Part shown: in pieces, positions 1-9,417 of the stretch | How the letters are laid out: each line of letters starts with the position of its first letter | Position numbering within the stretch: the first letter of the stretch is position 1 | Made by a program: the position numbers and the translations under genes | Notes under the pieces: generated by a model | Told to the model about the DNA's origin: nothing | Database searches by the model: none | The model's input: the letters and a program-made list of their open reading frames with translations, nothing else | Origin: Candidatus Latescibacterota bacterium | GTDB taxonomy: Bacteria; Latescibacterota; UBA2968; GCA-2709665 | Assembly: GCA_965248435.1 (NCBI GenBank) | Contig: OZ252100.1 | Coordinates: 800,001 to 864,000, forward strand | Length of the DNA: 64,000 bases | Direction of reading: 5' to 3'

Positions 1-932
1 TCTCGCGCGACGGCTCGAGCACGGGACAGCTCCTGCTCGCTCCAGATCACCGGCGTTACGCCTCTTGCCTTCATTTCGTCGATCGCCCTCAGGTCGTCGA
101 TCGCAACCCTTTCCGTCGTCTCCCACGCCCACTCCCGGACAGCGGTCTGCAGGATCTTCTTGATGTCGTCCGGCAGCCTGTCCCACTCCTTCTGGTTCAC
201 CGTGAAATCGCCGGCAGGCATCGCGTGAAAACCCGGAAGATTGAAGTATCCGGCCACCTGATCAAAACCCATTCGCTGATTCATGGAAGGCGTTCCCCAG
301 TCTGCGCCGTCGATTACTCCCTTATCGAGCGCGGAATAGACCTCGCTTCCCGGAAGGATCACGACGGAAGCGCCGAGTTTGGACAGCAGCTTTGCCGCCA
401 TGCCGTGGGGTGCGCGAAACTTCAGTCCCTTGAAGTCCTCGATCCTCCCTACGGGCTTCTTGGAAGGCATGGACTCCATCCCCCAGTAAGTCACACCGAC
501 ACAATGGACACCGAACGGCTTGTATATCTCGTTGAGCAGATCGAGCCCGCCGCGGTAGTGATAGAAGGCGTCCACTTCCCAGGGATGACGCCAGGCGGCG
601 ACCAGGTCACTGATCGGGGCGAAGGCCGGGTTCTTACCGGTCCAGTAACCAGGCCACTGGTGCATGGCCTGCAGGATATTGTGCCTCACCGCATCCAGGC
701 ACTCGAACGTCGGCACGATCGCCCCGGCCGGATAGGGCGTGATCTTGAGCCGACCGTTCGTCAGCTCCTCGACGCCCTCGCAGAATTCGACGAAGGTTTC
801 GTAGGGCAGCTCGGACGCGCTCCAAAGTGCCTGAGCCTTCCACGTGATGGTCTCTGCTGCCTGTGCGGGAAACGTGAGCGAACAGACAGCGACCAGTAGA
901 GCAGAACCAATTGAAACATATTTTCGTTTCAT
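1..932 (-). CDS. dctP: TRAP transporter solute-binding protein (DctP/TakP-like), 3' end runs off the window
   Basis: Hand translation from ATG at 932: MKRKYVSIGSALLVAVCSLTFPAQAAETITWKAQALW...ELTNGRLKITPYPAGAIVPTFECLDAV...YWTGKNPAF; signal peptide plus typical DctP N-terminus. Missing from the ORF track because it is truncated by the window edge. Confidence 0.88.
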   Translation of the reverse strand, partial: MKRKYVSIGSALLVAVCSLTFPAQAAETITWKAQALWSASELPYETFVEFCEGVEELTNGRLKITPYPAGAIVPTFECLDAVRHNILQAMHQWPGYWTGKNPAFAPISDLVAAWRHPWEVDAFYHYRGGLDLLNEIYKPFGVHCVGVTYWGMESMPSKKPVGRIEDFKGLKFRAPHGMAAKLLSKLGASVVILPGSEVYSALDKGVIDGADWGTPSMNQRMGFDQVAGYFNLPGFHAMPAGDFTVNQKEWDRLPDDIKKILQTAVREWAWETTERVAIDDLRAIDEMKARGVTPVIWSEQELSRARAVAR

Positions 933-1017
933 GCTTTCAGTCCCTCATCTGAATGCGGGCGCGTGACTCCCGTTCTGTCTCTTTGGCGATTCTCGGTGCA
1001 AGGCGCCCTCTTCGCGC

Positions 1018-3051
1018 CTAATTCTCACGCATAAACATGTCGCACGCCTTCCGAATCGCCGCGGCCGGACCGATGAAATAGACCTGATCGTCCACTTCGA
1101 TCATCGTGCCGCCGCGCGGGACCACGAACTGGTTGTCTCGGATGATCGCCGCGATCACGCACTCCTTCGGTATTTCGAGATCACGGATGGGGCGTCCACT
1201 TACGTGGGACTTCTCGCGCACCATGACATCGAGAACGCTCGCGGCTCCGATACCGAACTCGAAGAGCTGTGCCAGGCCGGGCCTGTCGAGGAGACTCTCG
1301 ACCATGGCCGCCGTGGCCCAGGGCGCGCTGATCGCCTTGACGTCGCTCTGCTCGAGGAGCTGCGCGTACTCAGGGTCCTGGACGATGGCGATCACCTGTT
1401 CCAGCCCCAGCTTCCTCGCCTGGAGAGCGGCGATCACGTTTCGGCCGTCATCCTCGTATGCCGCGATCACGACGTCGATGTTTTCGAGGCCTACCTGTTC
1501 AAGGAGCTCCCTCTTCGTTCCGTCTCCCTGGAAGATCGGCGTATTGAAGCGTCGCTGGAGCTCATCGCACAGGGCCTCGTTTTCTTCGATGAAGGTGATC
1601 TGATGCTCCGCTGAACGGAACATGACGCGGACCTCATCTTTCGCCAACAGCCGGTTCGCGATGCTCTGTCCCTGCCGCTTTCCGCTTATGATTAACACGC
1701 GCATTTTCGTTCTCCTCAATCTCTCAATGAGTAGCCTGGTTTTCTCAACAATTACCCCCGGGATTTCCAGAACTTCGGCGCGATTCTCGGCTCTCGTCAT
1801 GTATATGGCGCTTCCGACCAGCGTGAGCACGCCCCCGAGAAAAAAGCTCCTCGCTTCCAGGGCCGGTACGAATACCCAGGTCGTTATGACACCCAGAATG
1901 GGCACCAAGGGAAAGAACCACGTCCGGAATGGACGTCTCAGATTGGGCATCTTCTTGTGTAGTGGGATCACTGCGTAGTTGATTATCCCCAGTCCCATCA
2001 GGTAGCCGAAGTCGCTCAACGATGCCACGAACTTCACGATCCCGGAGGAGCTGAAGATGACCACGATCGCCGCGCAGACGACGAGGGCGATGTCCGGCGT
2101 CTGATACTTGGGGTGCAGTCGGGCGAAGAATAGAGGGAAGTGTCGATCCCGCCCAAGCGCGAACAGGATGCGAGCGCTTGCGCCCAGGGTCACGCTGAAT
2201 GCGGAGAGGCTTGCCATGATGGTCGCGGTGATCGCGGCCCATCGTCCCCAGTCGCCAAAAAGATGGTCCGCAAAGAAGATGAATGGCACATCACTCTGGG
2301 CCAGGTCTTTGTAGTTGACGACACTCATCATCACCCCGACCACCAGAATGTAGATCGCCGTGCTGATCCCGAGGGTGATGAGTATCGATCGCGGAATATT
2401 CTTGTGTGGTTCGATGATCTCTTCGGACGCATTCGAGATGAGTTCGAATCCAACGTAGGAGATGTAGATCAGCGCCATGGCCGGAACGAATGGACCCCAT
2501 CCCATAGGAGCGAGGGGCTCCAGGTTCATCGGCTCGATATCGGCCATGCCGAGCACCGAAACGCCGATGAGAACCGCCAGTTCCACCAAGTTCATAACGG
2601 TGATGACGATGAGCGCTTCCCTCATTCCCAGGTAGTTGACCGCGGTGAACACGATTGTGGCGATAGAGGTGATGAGGGCAATGTTGGCGTCGGCCAGGAA
2701 GTAGGTGCGGATCGTCAGGGCGAAGATGAGGGCGTACATCGCACATGCCAGCGTGTTGCCGATCCAGAAGAACCAGCCGGAAAAGAAGGCCACTGGCCGG
2801 CTCATCGTTCTACTGGTAAAGGAATAACCGCCGCCCGCCAGCGGAATCGCCGCGCCGAGTTCGCTGTAGTTCAGCGCGGTGAACACGGTCATGATGCCCA
2901 TCGTCAGGTAAACGAGAATACCGAGCGGGCCGACCATGTGGGCCAGCTCCCCCGGCAGGGCGAAAATCCCCGGTCCCATCGTGGCGCCGATACCGATCAT
3001 CACCGCCATGAACAGACCGATGTTTCGTTTGAAGCTCACTTGCTCTAGCAA
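1018..3051 (-). CDS. APC-family amino acid permease fused to C-terminal TrkA-N/TrkA-C (RCK) domains
   Basis: About 12 hydrophobic segments, GATMGPGIF in TM1, AGGGYSF, SYVGFE; C-terminal FQGDGT..LLEQVGLENIDVVIAAYEDDGRN and IAAIIRDNQFVVPRGGTMIEVDD typical of TrkA. Confidence 0.88.
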   Translation of the reverse strand: MLEQVSFKRNIGLFMAVMIGIGATMGPGIFALPGELAHMVGPLGILVYLTMGIMTVFTALNYSELGAAIPLAGGGYSFTSRTMSRPVAFFSGWFFWIGNTLACAMYALIFALTIRTYFLADANIALITSIATIVFTAVNYLGMREALIVITVMNLVELAVLIGVSVLGMADIEPMNLEPLAPMGWGPFVPAMALIYISYVGFELISNASEEIIEPHKNIPRSILITLGISTAIYILVVGVMMSVVNYKDLAQSDVPFIFFADHLFGDWGRWAAITATIMASLSAFSVTLGASARILFALGRDRHFPLFFARLHPKYQTPDIALVVCAAIVVIFSSSGIVKFVASLSDFGYLMGLGIINYAVIPLHKKMPNLRRPFRTWFFPLVPILGVITTWVFVPALEARSFFLGGVLTLVGSAIYMTRAENRAEVLEIPGVIVEKTRLLIERLRRTKMRVLIISGKRQGQSIANRLLAKDEVRVMFRSAEHQITFIEENEALCDELQRRFNTPIFQGDGTKRELLEQVGLENIDVVIAAYEDDGRNVIAALQARKLGLEQVIAIVQDPEYAQLLEQSDVKAISAPWATAAMVESLLDRPGLAQLFEFGIGAASVLDVMVREKSHVSGRPIRDLEIPKECVIAAIIRDNQFVVPRGGTMIEVDDQVYFIGPAAAIRKACDMFMREN

Positions 3052-3069
3052 ATCAATTCGCTCCGTGAC

Positions 3070-4698
3070 TCACTTTTTCGACGCCATCTTAAGCAGGTTG
3101 GCACGCGCCTTCATTCGCCATTTTTCCGTCTTGGGGAAATCTTCAAAGCTTCGAATGGGGGCGAACAACCCGTCGGATCGATCCACACCTGCTGTTTGTA
3201 GCAAGGCGTAGTCCTGCAGACTCTCGCCAAAGATCTCCCATCGAATCGAGTCTATCGGTCCGTTTTCTCCTGGATACACAACAAACGGATCGCCAAAGGC
3301 CCAACCCGGCCACATAAGACCATCCTGCACGGAAAACGGATCGATCAGCTCGCGCGTCTGCGATTTGTACCAGTAGTTGAATCCCCAGTGCAGGAAGCCC
3401 CTGAATGGCCAGCGATAGAACAGAAATCCGTGCATCGCAATCTTTGGAAGCGGCGTATCCATCACACGATTCAAGTATTTCCCGAGCGGATCGCAGCAGT
3501 AATAACACCAGCTCGGAATACCTTCTTCGTGGAAATCCAGCGCCGTGCGAATGTTCGGAATGGGCAAATCCGTCATCCCCTGCCTCGCAAACTCGACATC
3601 TTTAAACGCATCCGTCACCTTCATCCAGGGGGCCAGGCCCCGCAACATCTCGCGCGCCTTCTTGTAGTTCTCCAGGTGTTCTTTTTTGTGTGGTTCATCC
3701 GAAACGTGGAAGAATGAGCGGTTCAGAATCTTTTCCGCTGACAAGAAACGATGCAGCTTCGGAAGATATTGCGAGAGGAATTCGCGATAGATCTTCGACG
3801 TCGCCAGTGTATTCGGACGCCAGAGGAGTTTCTCGTCCCTGCCCTGGCCGTCGTAGACTCGAATGGCTCGCTCAGCACCCCACTGGGTAACCAGGTGGCA
3901 CCATTCGAACTGTCGGATGCCCCGCTTTTTCGCAAGGTCGATGTAGCGTTTGACGTCGCGCCAATCGAATCGATACTGGCCTTTGTCCGCCTTCGAAACC
4001 CGAAGCAGCTGCGTCGGGCGTTTCACGCCGTCCAGCGGAGGCGTAAACACCGGCACGTAGAGTGTATCCAACCCGTGTGACGTATAGTTGGCCAGGTAGG
4101 CATCCAGGAGGCCCCAATACTGTTGATCGAACATATCGGTCCGGTACCAGTCGATCAGCGCATCAGAGTAGAACCAGTGTGTGATCGGGAAACCGGTGCG
4201 CCGCTTCAGCGTCACATCGTGCAGTTTGATCCGAACGGTATGGCGTCTTGCCGGTCCGTCCTCCGGTTCCACGACCACCTTGATTATGTATCTACCCGGA
4301 TCCTCTCCCCGCTTCGGAACGACTGTCACCCAGAATGCGTGCGTCTCCCGCGCGGGCAGCAGGAGTTCAGTTTCTTCGAGCAGAGGATCGGGCACATACC
4401 CGGGAATCTGTCCCACGCCATCGACATCCCGAGGATCGGTCTCTATCGGCGTGTTGTGGGTTCGCATCGGGACATACCCCACGCGGCGCACCCTCACCCT
4501 CCACCCCGGTGGGCCGTCGGCGGTAACACGCACCTTGCACGGAGGTTCATTGCCCTGACGCATTCCGACCTGAAAACTGAGCGACTCGTTGCGTGCACCT
4601 TCCAGCGCCAATGCGGTCGTGCGCTTTGGAGGCGTTTTCGGGAAATGCCTTACAAGTGATGTTGAAATCCAGGACTGAATCGCCATTTCGAACCTCAA
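3070..4698 (-). CDS. DUF4091-containing glycoside hydrolase (GH123-like)
   Basis: N-terminal ARNESLSFQ, HVSDEP, GFLHWGFNYW, GDPFVVYPG...SIRWE...QDY C-terminal pattern; true start may be MAIQSW a few codons in. Confidence 0.75.
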   Translation of the reverse strand: MRFEMAIQSWISTSLVRHFPKTPPKRTTALALEGARNESLSFQVGMRQGNEPPCKVRVTADGPPGWRVRVRRVGYVPMRTHNTPIETDPRDVDGVGQIPGYVPDPLLEETELLLPARETHAFWVTVVPKRGEDPGRYIIKVVVEPEDGPARRHTVRIKLHDVTLKRRTGFPITHWFYSDALIDWYRTDMFDQQYWGLLDAYLANYTSHGLDTLYVPVFTPPLDGVKRPTQLLRVSKADKGQYRFDWRDVKRYIDLAKKRGIRQFEWCHLVTQWGAERAIRVYDGQGRDEKLLWRPNTLATSKIYREFLSQYLPKLHRFLSAEKILNRSFFHVSDEPHKKEHLENYKKAREMLRGLAPWMKVTDAFKDVEFARQGMTDLPIPNIRTALDFHEEGIPSWCYYCCDPLGKYLNRVMDTPLPKIAMHGFLFYRWPFRGFLHWGFNYWYKSQTRELIDPFSVQDGLMWPGWAFGDPFVVYPGENGPIDSIRWEIFGESLQDYALLQTAGVDRSDGLFAPIRSFEDFPKTEKWRMKARANLLKMASKK

Positions 4699-4837
4699 CT
4701 GAGTTTAGATATCAAGCTGTTGATGTGAAGGTACGCGACCCATCACTAATCCCCTCTCATATCCGGTGATGCTCCTCATTATGCTCGGGAAATTCGCAGT
4801 TCCTTTTTTGGAGATCGCGTCCGAACCATCTTGGTCC

Positions 4838-5242
4838 CTATTCATCACACACGGACCTGTAGATCCTGCTGACAAGCAAGCCGAATATTCCGAACTGCAG
4901 AATCAAGTATGCGGTTTCCATCCCGATGAATAAGGCGACTTCGCCGGTCGCCTGCTTCGCGACAAACGCCAATACGTGAGAGGTCCAGAAGAAACCCCCG
5001 ATGATCACCGCAAACTTCAAGCCGCGAACCGCTCCTCCACCAGCCAGTTTAACCCTAGGATAGAGCGCAGAGAGCAGCGCGCCCTGGATGAGGATCGTCA
5101 GAAGGCCGACCAGGAACTTCGGTTCACCTGAAAAATAACCGAAACTGTCATAGAGGCCCCTGAACAAACCAACGTGCCAGACTACGGCGAGAGGAAACGT
5201 GACCCCGGCGTAGGCTATGGTCCCGATGAAGATCCTCATCAT
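4838..5242 (-). CDS. Small 4-TM hypothetical membrane protein (DUF1761-like)
   Basis: Four hydrophobic helices; GAGGTG RBS before ATG ATG at 5242/5239. Confidence 0.6.
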   Translation of the reverse strand: MMRIFIGTIAYAGVTFPLAVVWHVGLFRGLYDSFGYFSGEPKFLVGLLTILIQGALLSALYPRVKLAGGGAVRGLKFAVIIGGFFWTSHVLAFVAKQATGEVALFIGMETAYLILQFGIFGLLVSRIYRSVCDE

Positions 5243-5262
5243 AGAGATAGGCACCTCATGAA

Positions 5263-5319
5263 GTCGAACGTGATGCAGGTCAGTATCAAACAGCTGCTTA
5301 CTGCCGCCACCCGTTATTA
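5263..5319 (-). repeat. Degenerate attC-like imperfect palindrome directly upstream of the membrane protein gene
   Basis: Minus strand TAATAAC-GGGTG-GCGGCAGT...ACTGACC-TGCATCAC-GTTCGAC: AAC/GTT ends and a CAGTA/TACTG stem; RBS and ATG follow the GTT within about 30 nt. Confidence 0.35.
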
Positions 5320-5362
5320 TACGCACGCCGTGTTTAGGCCCAAACGTCGCCTCGTACTAGCA

Positions 5363-5399
5363 GCAGAAAGGTCGCGAATCCAACTCGCGACCTTTCTGC
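5363..5399. terminator. Conserved GGTCGCGA-family hairpin (copy 1), probable intrinsic terminator
   Basis: GCAGAAAGGTCGCGA-ATCCAAC-TCGCGACCTTTCTGC, 15-bp perfect stem just downstream of the dipeptidase stop. Confidence 0.75.
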
Positions 5400-5421
5400 G
5401 GTTGTTGTGAATGCTCCTGCT

Positions 5422-6477
5422 TCAGCCCCAAGCCTCGCGGAGTCGTCGAATCCAGTTGCCGTGCATGACCGCGGCTATATCATCATCCGAATATCCGCGC
5501 TTCTCCAGAATCGCCGGGATCTTCTGCAGGTCCGCGATCGTTTCCAGGTCGGCGGGTGACTGTTCCTTCCCGTAACCGCCGTCCAGATCGGTACCGATTG
5601 CCGCGTGATTGGCGTTGCCCGCGATCTGACAGACGTGATCAACGTGATCAACCACGGTCTCCAGAGTAATGCCCGTGTTGTCCTGCGCCTCGTGGTCCCA
5701 CAGGGGTGACAACATCCAGTCGTCGAAGGCAGTGCCGATAACACCGCCACGGTCGACGAGCGCCTTGATCTGCTTGTCGTCGAGCTGCCGGTCGTGGTCA
5801 CACAGGGCGCGGCAGCAGTTGTGTGTGGCCAGCACGGGGCCGCCGAAGACGTCGAGCGCTTCCCAGAACGCACCTTCGGCCAGATGACTGATGTCCAGAA
5901 TGATTCCGGCCGCGTCCAGGGCCCGGAGCAGGGGTGCGCCACGCGGCGTCAGCCCCCCTGGGGCCTGGGTGCCGTGTGAGTAGGCGCTGATCCCGTAGTG
6001 GCAGAGGCTGACCACGCGCAGCCCCTGCTCCCACCAGTGGCCTACCTGATCTTCGTCGACGATGCCGTCCGCGCCCTCCATCGTGAGGACGAATCCCAGC
6101 GGACAGGATGAGGAATCCTGCTCCCACTGCTCGAGGTGCGCGTCCAGGTCCTTGAGGCTGCTGACCTGACGCACGACGCCCTTGCTCTCCATCAGCCGGT
6201 AGTAAGCGAGTTCTCCCATAGACTTGGCGTAGGAAATATCCTGAGTTCGAACGCCGGAGAAGCGCTTGCCCATTGAAGACAGGCGGCAGTGGACGGTGAC
6301 GAAGAAGAGGCCGATCTCCCCGCGCCTCAGTTCCTCGAAATTGACGACGTTCAGACCTCGGCCCTTCTGCGGCATCCCCGCTTCGCCCTCTCGGATCTTG
6401 ACGATGGGCTGCAGCAGGTCGCGATTCCACTCCAATGCACTGTAAGCGATGTCGAGATGAGAATCAATGATTAGCAT
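5422..6477 (-). CDS. Membrane dipeptidase (peptidase M19 family)
   Basis: IDSHLD, TMEGAD, DISH, ATHN, IGTDLDG metal-ligand motifs and C-terminal MHGNWIR. Confidence 0.92.
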   Translation of the reverse strand: MLIIDSHLDIAYSALEWNRDLLQPIVKIREGEAGMPQKGRGLNVVNFEELRRGEIGLFFVTVHCRLSSMGKRFSGVRTQDISYAKSMGELAYYRLMESKGVVRQVSSLKDLDAHLEQWEQDSSSCPLGFVLTMEGADGIVDEDQVGHWWEQGLRVVSLCHYGISAYSHGTQAPGGLTPRGAPLLRALDAAGIILDISHLAEGAFWEALDVFGGPVLATHNCCRALCDHDRQLDDKQIKALVDRGGVIGTAFDDWMLSPLWDHEAQDNTGITLETVVDHVDHVCQIAGNANHAAIGTDLDGGYGKEQSPADLETIADLQKIPAILEKRGYSDDDIAAVMHGNWIRRLREAWG

Positions 6478-6544
6478 GGGTCACCAGGTGTCGTTGGGTT
6501 TGTGGGTTTGCCGGGTAATGAATCCTCCGCGAGTGTTGGAGTTT

Positions 6545-7627
6545 TCATCTGGGCCGCCGCTCCTCGAAGGTTGGAAACTCCGCGAATTCAACGTGGGGTT
6601 CTTTCTGATACCAGTAGGCGACGGATGCGATATCGTCTGCCAGGGGCTGAAATCTATGATTCGGCCACCATCCCAGCGCCTGGATCGTGACTCGCAGATC
6701 GTTCTGGAAACAGACGGGGTCCATGATATGCCAGCGATACAGGCTCCACTTCGGGGGACCGTCTTCGCCGGGGTGTTTCAGGGTGGTTCCGGCGTATGCC
6801 GTGGTGTAGACTTCTGGAAAGCGATAGCTGCCACAGAAATAGTCCTCTGTACCGGTGCCGCAGATGGTGGGAAACTCCTGATCGCCATCGATGTAGAATT
6901 TGATTTCACCTTCGCCGAACCATCCATCCGACAGCTGCGTCTAAGCCAGGAACGTTCCCACGTACCGCCCCTGCCCCTTGACGCTGTCCAGGATCACATA
7001 ATCCGGGTTACGGCGGTCCGTCACGGCACGGCGCCACTGGGCGTGGAAACAGCCCGCTTCATCAGGCACCTCGGTTTCCGCATACGTTATCTGGAAGCCG
7101 AGATTGAGATCCTCATGCGTCTCGTTGGTGATGGTCACTTTTGCGTGCTTGCGGAACGGCATGGGCCAGTAGCAGTTCATGGCCGACCGCGGATTCACGG
7201 TCACCGCCAGAGAGTTCACCGGCGCGAACAGGTCGTGTCCGATCGCGAAAAAGTCAGAGAACGGAACCTCGACCGAGGGTTTGTCCTCACCCTCCCAATA
7301 GAACCGCAGCACGTTTGCCCTGCCGAAACGCCGGATGTCCGGCCCAGCGGCCATAGCCATCCAGATGTGCTGAATGATGCCGGGGCCTGTGACATCCATC
7401 AGGGTCACGGTTTGACCGGCAGGTAGAGGCTGGAACGGCCGGACCTTCCAGCCTTGACCCAGGTCAACAGCTGCCGCCGAATGCGGCAGATCAGGATCTT
7501 CGGGATTCGGAACCCGCGTGCCTCCCCTGCCCTTCTCTCCAGTAGGATTCTCTGCTGAAATCGAACGTGTCGTCGCGTTTGAAAGGAGAGGTAATCTACC
7601 AAGACCAAAATGCAACCCGGCTGTCAC
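6545..7627 (-). pseudogene. DUF2961 / GH172-family glycoside hydrolase interrupted by an in-frame TAG at 6941-6943
   Basis: GTG at 7627 after AAGGAG; TRSISAENPTGEKG...NCYWPMPF...GRYVGTFLA*TQLSDGWFGEGEIKFYIDGD..PTICGTGTEDYF...YRWHIMDP...DDIASVAYWYQ to TGA at 6545; same frame on both sides of the stop. Confidence 0.85.
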
Positions 7628-7665
7628 TTTCGGCTCCTTCGATTTTTGATCGACCAAATAATACT

Positions 7666-7688
7666 CGAGTTCGTTCTCGCGACCTTTT
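7666..7688. repeat. Truncated GGTCGCGA-family hairpin (copy 2)
   Basis: CGAGTTCGTTCTCGCGACCTTTT; right arm matches the family consensus and the loop matches copy 3; left arm is lost. Confidence 0.6.
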
Positions 7689-7885
7689 GCATCGTCAAAC
7701 GGAGCTAGGCTCTTCACCAAATTCCGGCGAGGGCCGTAGCAGATTGCGAGGAAAAGCACTCATACTTCTTGAAACCTTAAGTCGTGCACACCACACTTTG
7801 AGCGATGCATCTCGTGAGTTACAGAGACGCCGGCAAGCGGGCGAGTCTACAATTAGAGCTTAATACCTTAACCCCAACATTCGAC

Positions 7886-7950
7886 GAAGAACCTTAAGCT
7901 AGGGGATGGTCGAGTGGTTTAAGTCGGCCCACTGCAAGCTTAAGTTACTC
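7886..7950 (-). repeat. attC-like long imperfect palindrome overlapping the NUDIX stop codon
   Basis: Minus strand GAGTAAC-TTAAG-CTTGCAGT...AGCTTAAG-GTTCTTC; the TAA stop lies within the TAAC end; internal GGTCGA/TCGGCC stem. Confidence 0.4.
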
Positions 7951-8382
7951 TCCACCGTCCAGCATCGACACCAGCGCCGGGGGAACCAATCGGTGATGGC
8001 CGTCAAATGAGTCGAGCTTCCGCCAGGAGGCCGTGAAAACTTCGCCGTTGTCCTCTCGCCCGGTCAATCGACTATGTTCGTAGAGCGAATCGTCAACCAA
8101 TCGGCCATCATAGACGAAGACGATCTCGTGACCTGGCTGGCCCTCACAGGTGAACAGATTCTCGACGGTACCGAGGAGTTTCAGATCCGTAATTTCTGCG
8201 TCGATCTCTTCCCGGATCTCACGGATGATGGCGTCGCGAGTCGTCTCGCCGGGATTGACTCCGCCTCCGAGCGGTCGATAGAAGGGCGAGCCCTTGACCG
8301 AATCGAACGCCTCGAAGACCAGGATGCGATCCTCGTGATGAAAGACACAGAGGGCGACGACTCGAATGGACTCCGGCTTCAC
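7945..8382 (-). CDS. NUDIX hydrolase
   Basis: Nudix box GGGVNPGETTRDAIIREIREEID. Confidence 0.92.
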   Translation of the reverse strand: MKPESIRVVALCVFHHEDRILVFEAFDSVKGSPFYRPLGGGVNPGETTRDAIIREIREEIDAEITDLKLLGTVENLFTCEGQPGHEIVFVYDGRLVDDSLYEHSRLTGREDNGEVFTASWRKLDSFDGHHRLVPPALVSMLDGGE

Positions 8383-8420
8383 GGCGTGGCGCCCCTATGC
8401 TGTAGATAGGAGAAATTGAT

Positions 8421-9224
8421 TCACTTAGTGACTGGGTCGGTCTCGCGAGCGAGCGCCAACAGGCAGTCGTCCTCCAGGGGTTCGATCGGCGTAAAGTCGC
8501 GATGGGCGACCCACTCCGGGCGCTCGAACCTGCGGATGTGGTTGTCCACGTGACAGAGGCTCAAATAGACGATCACCCTGCCCCACGGGCTGATGTTGGG
8601 CGCCGAGGCGTGCACGATATTGGAATGGAACATCAGCACGGCCCCCGGCTTGCCCTTGGGCGCGACGATCCCCGCATCGTTCGCCAGACGGCTTACCGTT
8701 TCCTTGTCGAGCGTCCAGAGCGGATAGGACGTCGTGAGCGTATCGTGGCCCGCCTCGATCGAGCCTTTCCTGTGGCTGCGCGGGATGAGATAGAGCGGGC
8801 CGTTGAATTCGGTCACCTCGTCGAGGAACAGCGCGATGTTCATCGCGCGCGGTTCCGGCATCTCGTCGTCGCGCGCCCACGTGCCGTAATCCTGATGCCA
8901 CTGCCAGACATCCCCCTCGAAAGCCGCCTTCCCGTTGATCTTGTACTGGTGCATGTATACAGGCCCGTCGAGGAGCTGCGTGACCGGCACGATCAGGCGC
9001 GGATGTCGTCCAAGGCGGTCGAACGCCTCGTTATAGGTATGTGCGGCGAAGGCCGTGCGAACCGCCTCGCCGTCCTTTTCGCGCCAGACCTCGTCGCGAC
9101 GCATAGCGAAGATCTTCGGCAATTCGCCCTTGAGGACATCGATCTCTTCCCCGCTGAACAGATCGGGCAGGAACACCCAGCCTTCGGTGCCGAACTGTTC
9201 CAACTGTTCCTTTGTCAGTCTCAT
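8421..9224 (-). CDS. Phytanoyl-CoA dioxygenase (PhyH) family 2OG-Fe(II) oxygenase, proline/ectoine hydroxylase-like
   Basis: WQWHQDYGTW (HxD), NGPLYLIPRSH, FHSNIVHAS.N..PWGR. Confidence 0.9.
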   Translation of the reverse strand: MRLTKEQLEQFGTEGWVFLPDLFSGEEIDVLKGELPKIFAMRRDEVWREKDGEAVRTAFAAHTYNEAFDRLGRHPRLIVPVTQLLDGPVYMHQYKINGKAAFEGDVWQWHQDYGTWARDDEMPEPRAMNIALFLDEVTEFNGPLYLIPRSHRKGSIEAGHDTLTTSYPLWTLDKETVSRLANDAGIVAPKGKPGAVLMFHSNIVHASAPNISPWGRVIVYLSLCHVDNHIRRFERPEWVAHRDFTPIEPLEDDCLLALARETDPVTK

Positions 9225-9249
9225 AGTAGAAGACTCCTGAAGTCATCGC

Positions 9250-9308
9250 AATATAGCGAGGCCCTTTACCGATTGCAACCGCCTGCAAGCAGGACTCCGG
9301 AGGCCCGG
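9250..9308 (-). promoter_or_regulatory. 59-bp direct repeat copy 1 containing a sigma70-like promoter
   Basis: Minus strand TTGCAA-17 nt-TATATT upstream of the PhyH gene; 47/59 identical by hand alignment to 19298-19356. Confidence 0.7.
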
Positions 9309-9311
9309 GGC

Positions 9312-9345
9312 AAAAAAAAAGGCGCGGGTTCGTTCTCGCGGCCTT
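9312..9345. terminator. GGTCGCGA-family hairpin (copy 3), terminator of the R-M operon
   Basis: A9-GGCGCGGG-TTCGTT-CTCGCGGCCTT; long U tract on the - strand, downstream of the M48 gene. Confidence 0.7.
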
Positions 9346-9417
9346 CCCTCCAGGTTCATCTCCCAGAGCTTCCCGCTGGTGTAGGAGGCTCCCGCTGCGC
9401 AGAGGCCTCATTCAACT

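Noticed and set aside
7901-7938. tRNA-like 5' half (GGGGATGGTCGAGTGGTTTAAG..CTGCAA)
   Set aside because: No T-arm (GTTCRA), acceptor 3' strand or anticodon stem; the segment is better explained as the interior of a long palindrome.
8421-9224. Ectoine hydroxylase ectD
   Set aside because: Lacks the FxWHSDFETWH signature and there is no ectABC context.
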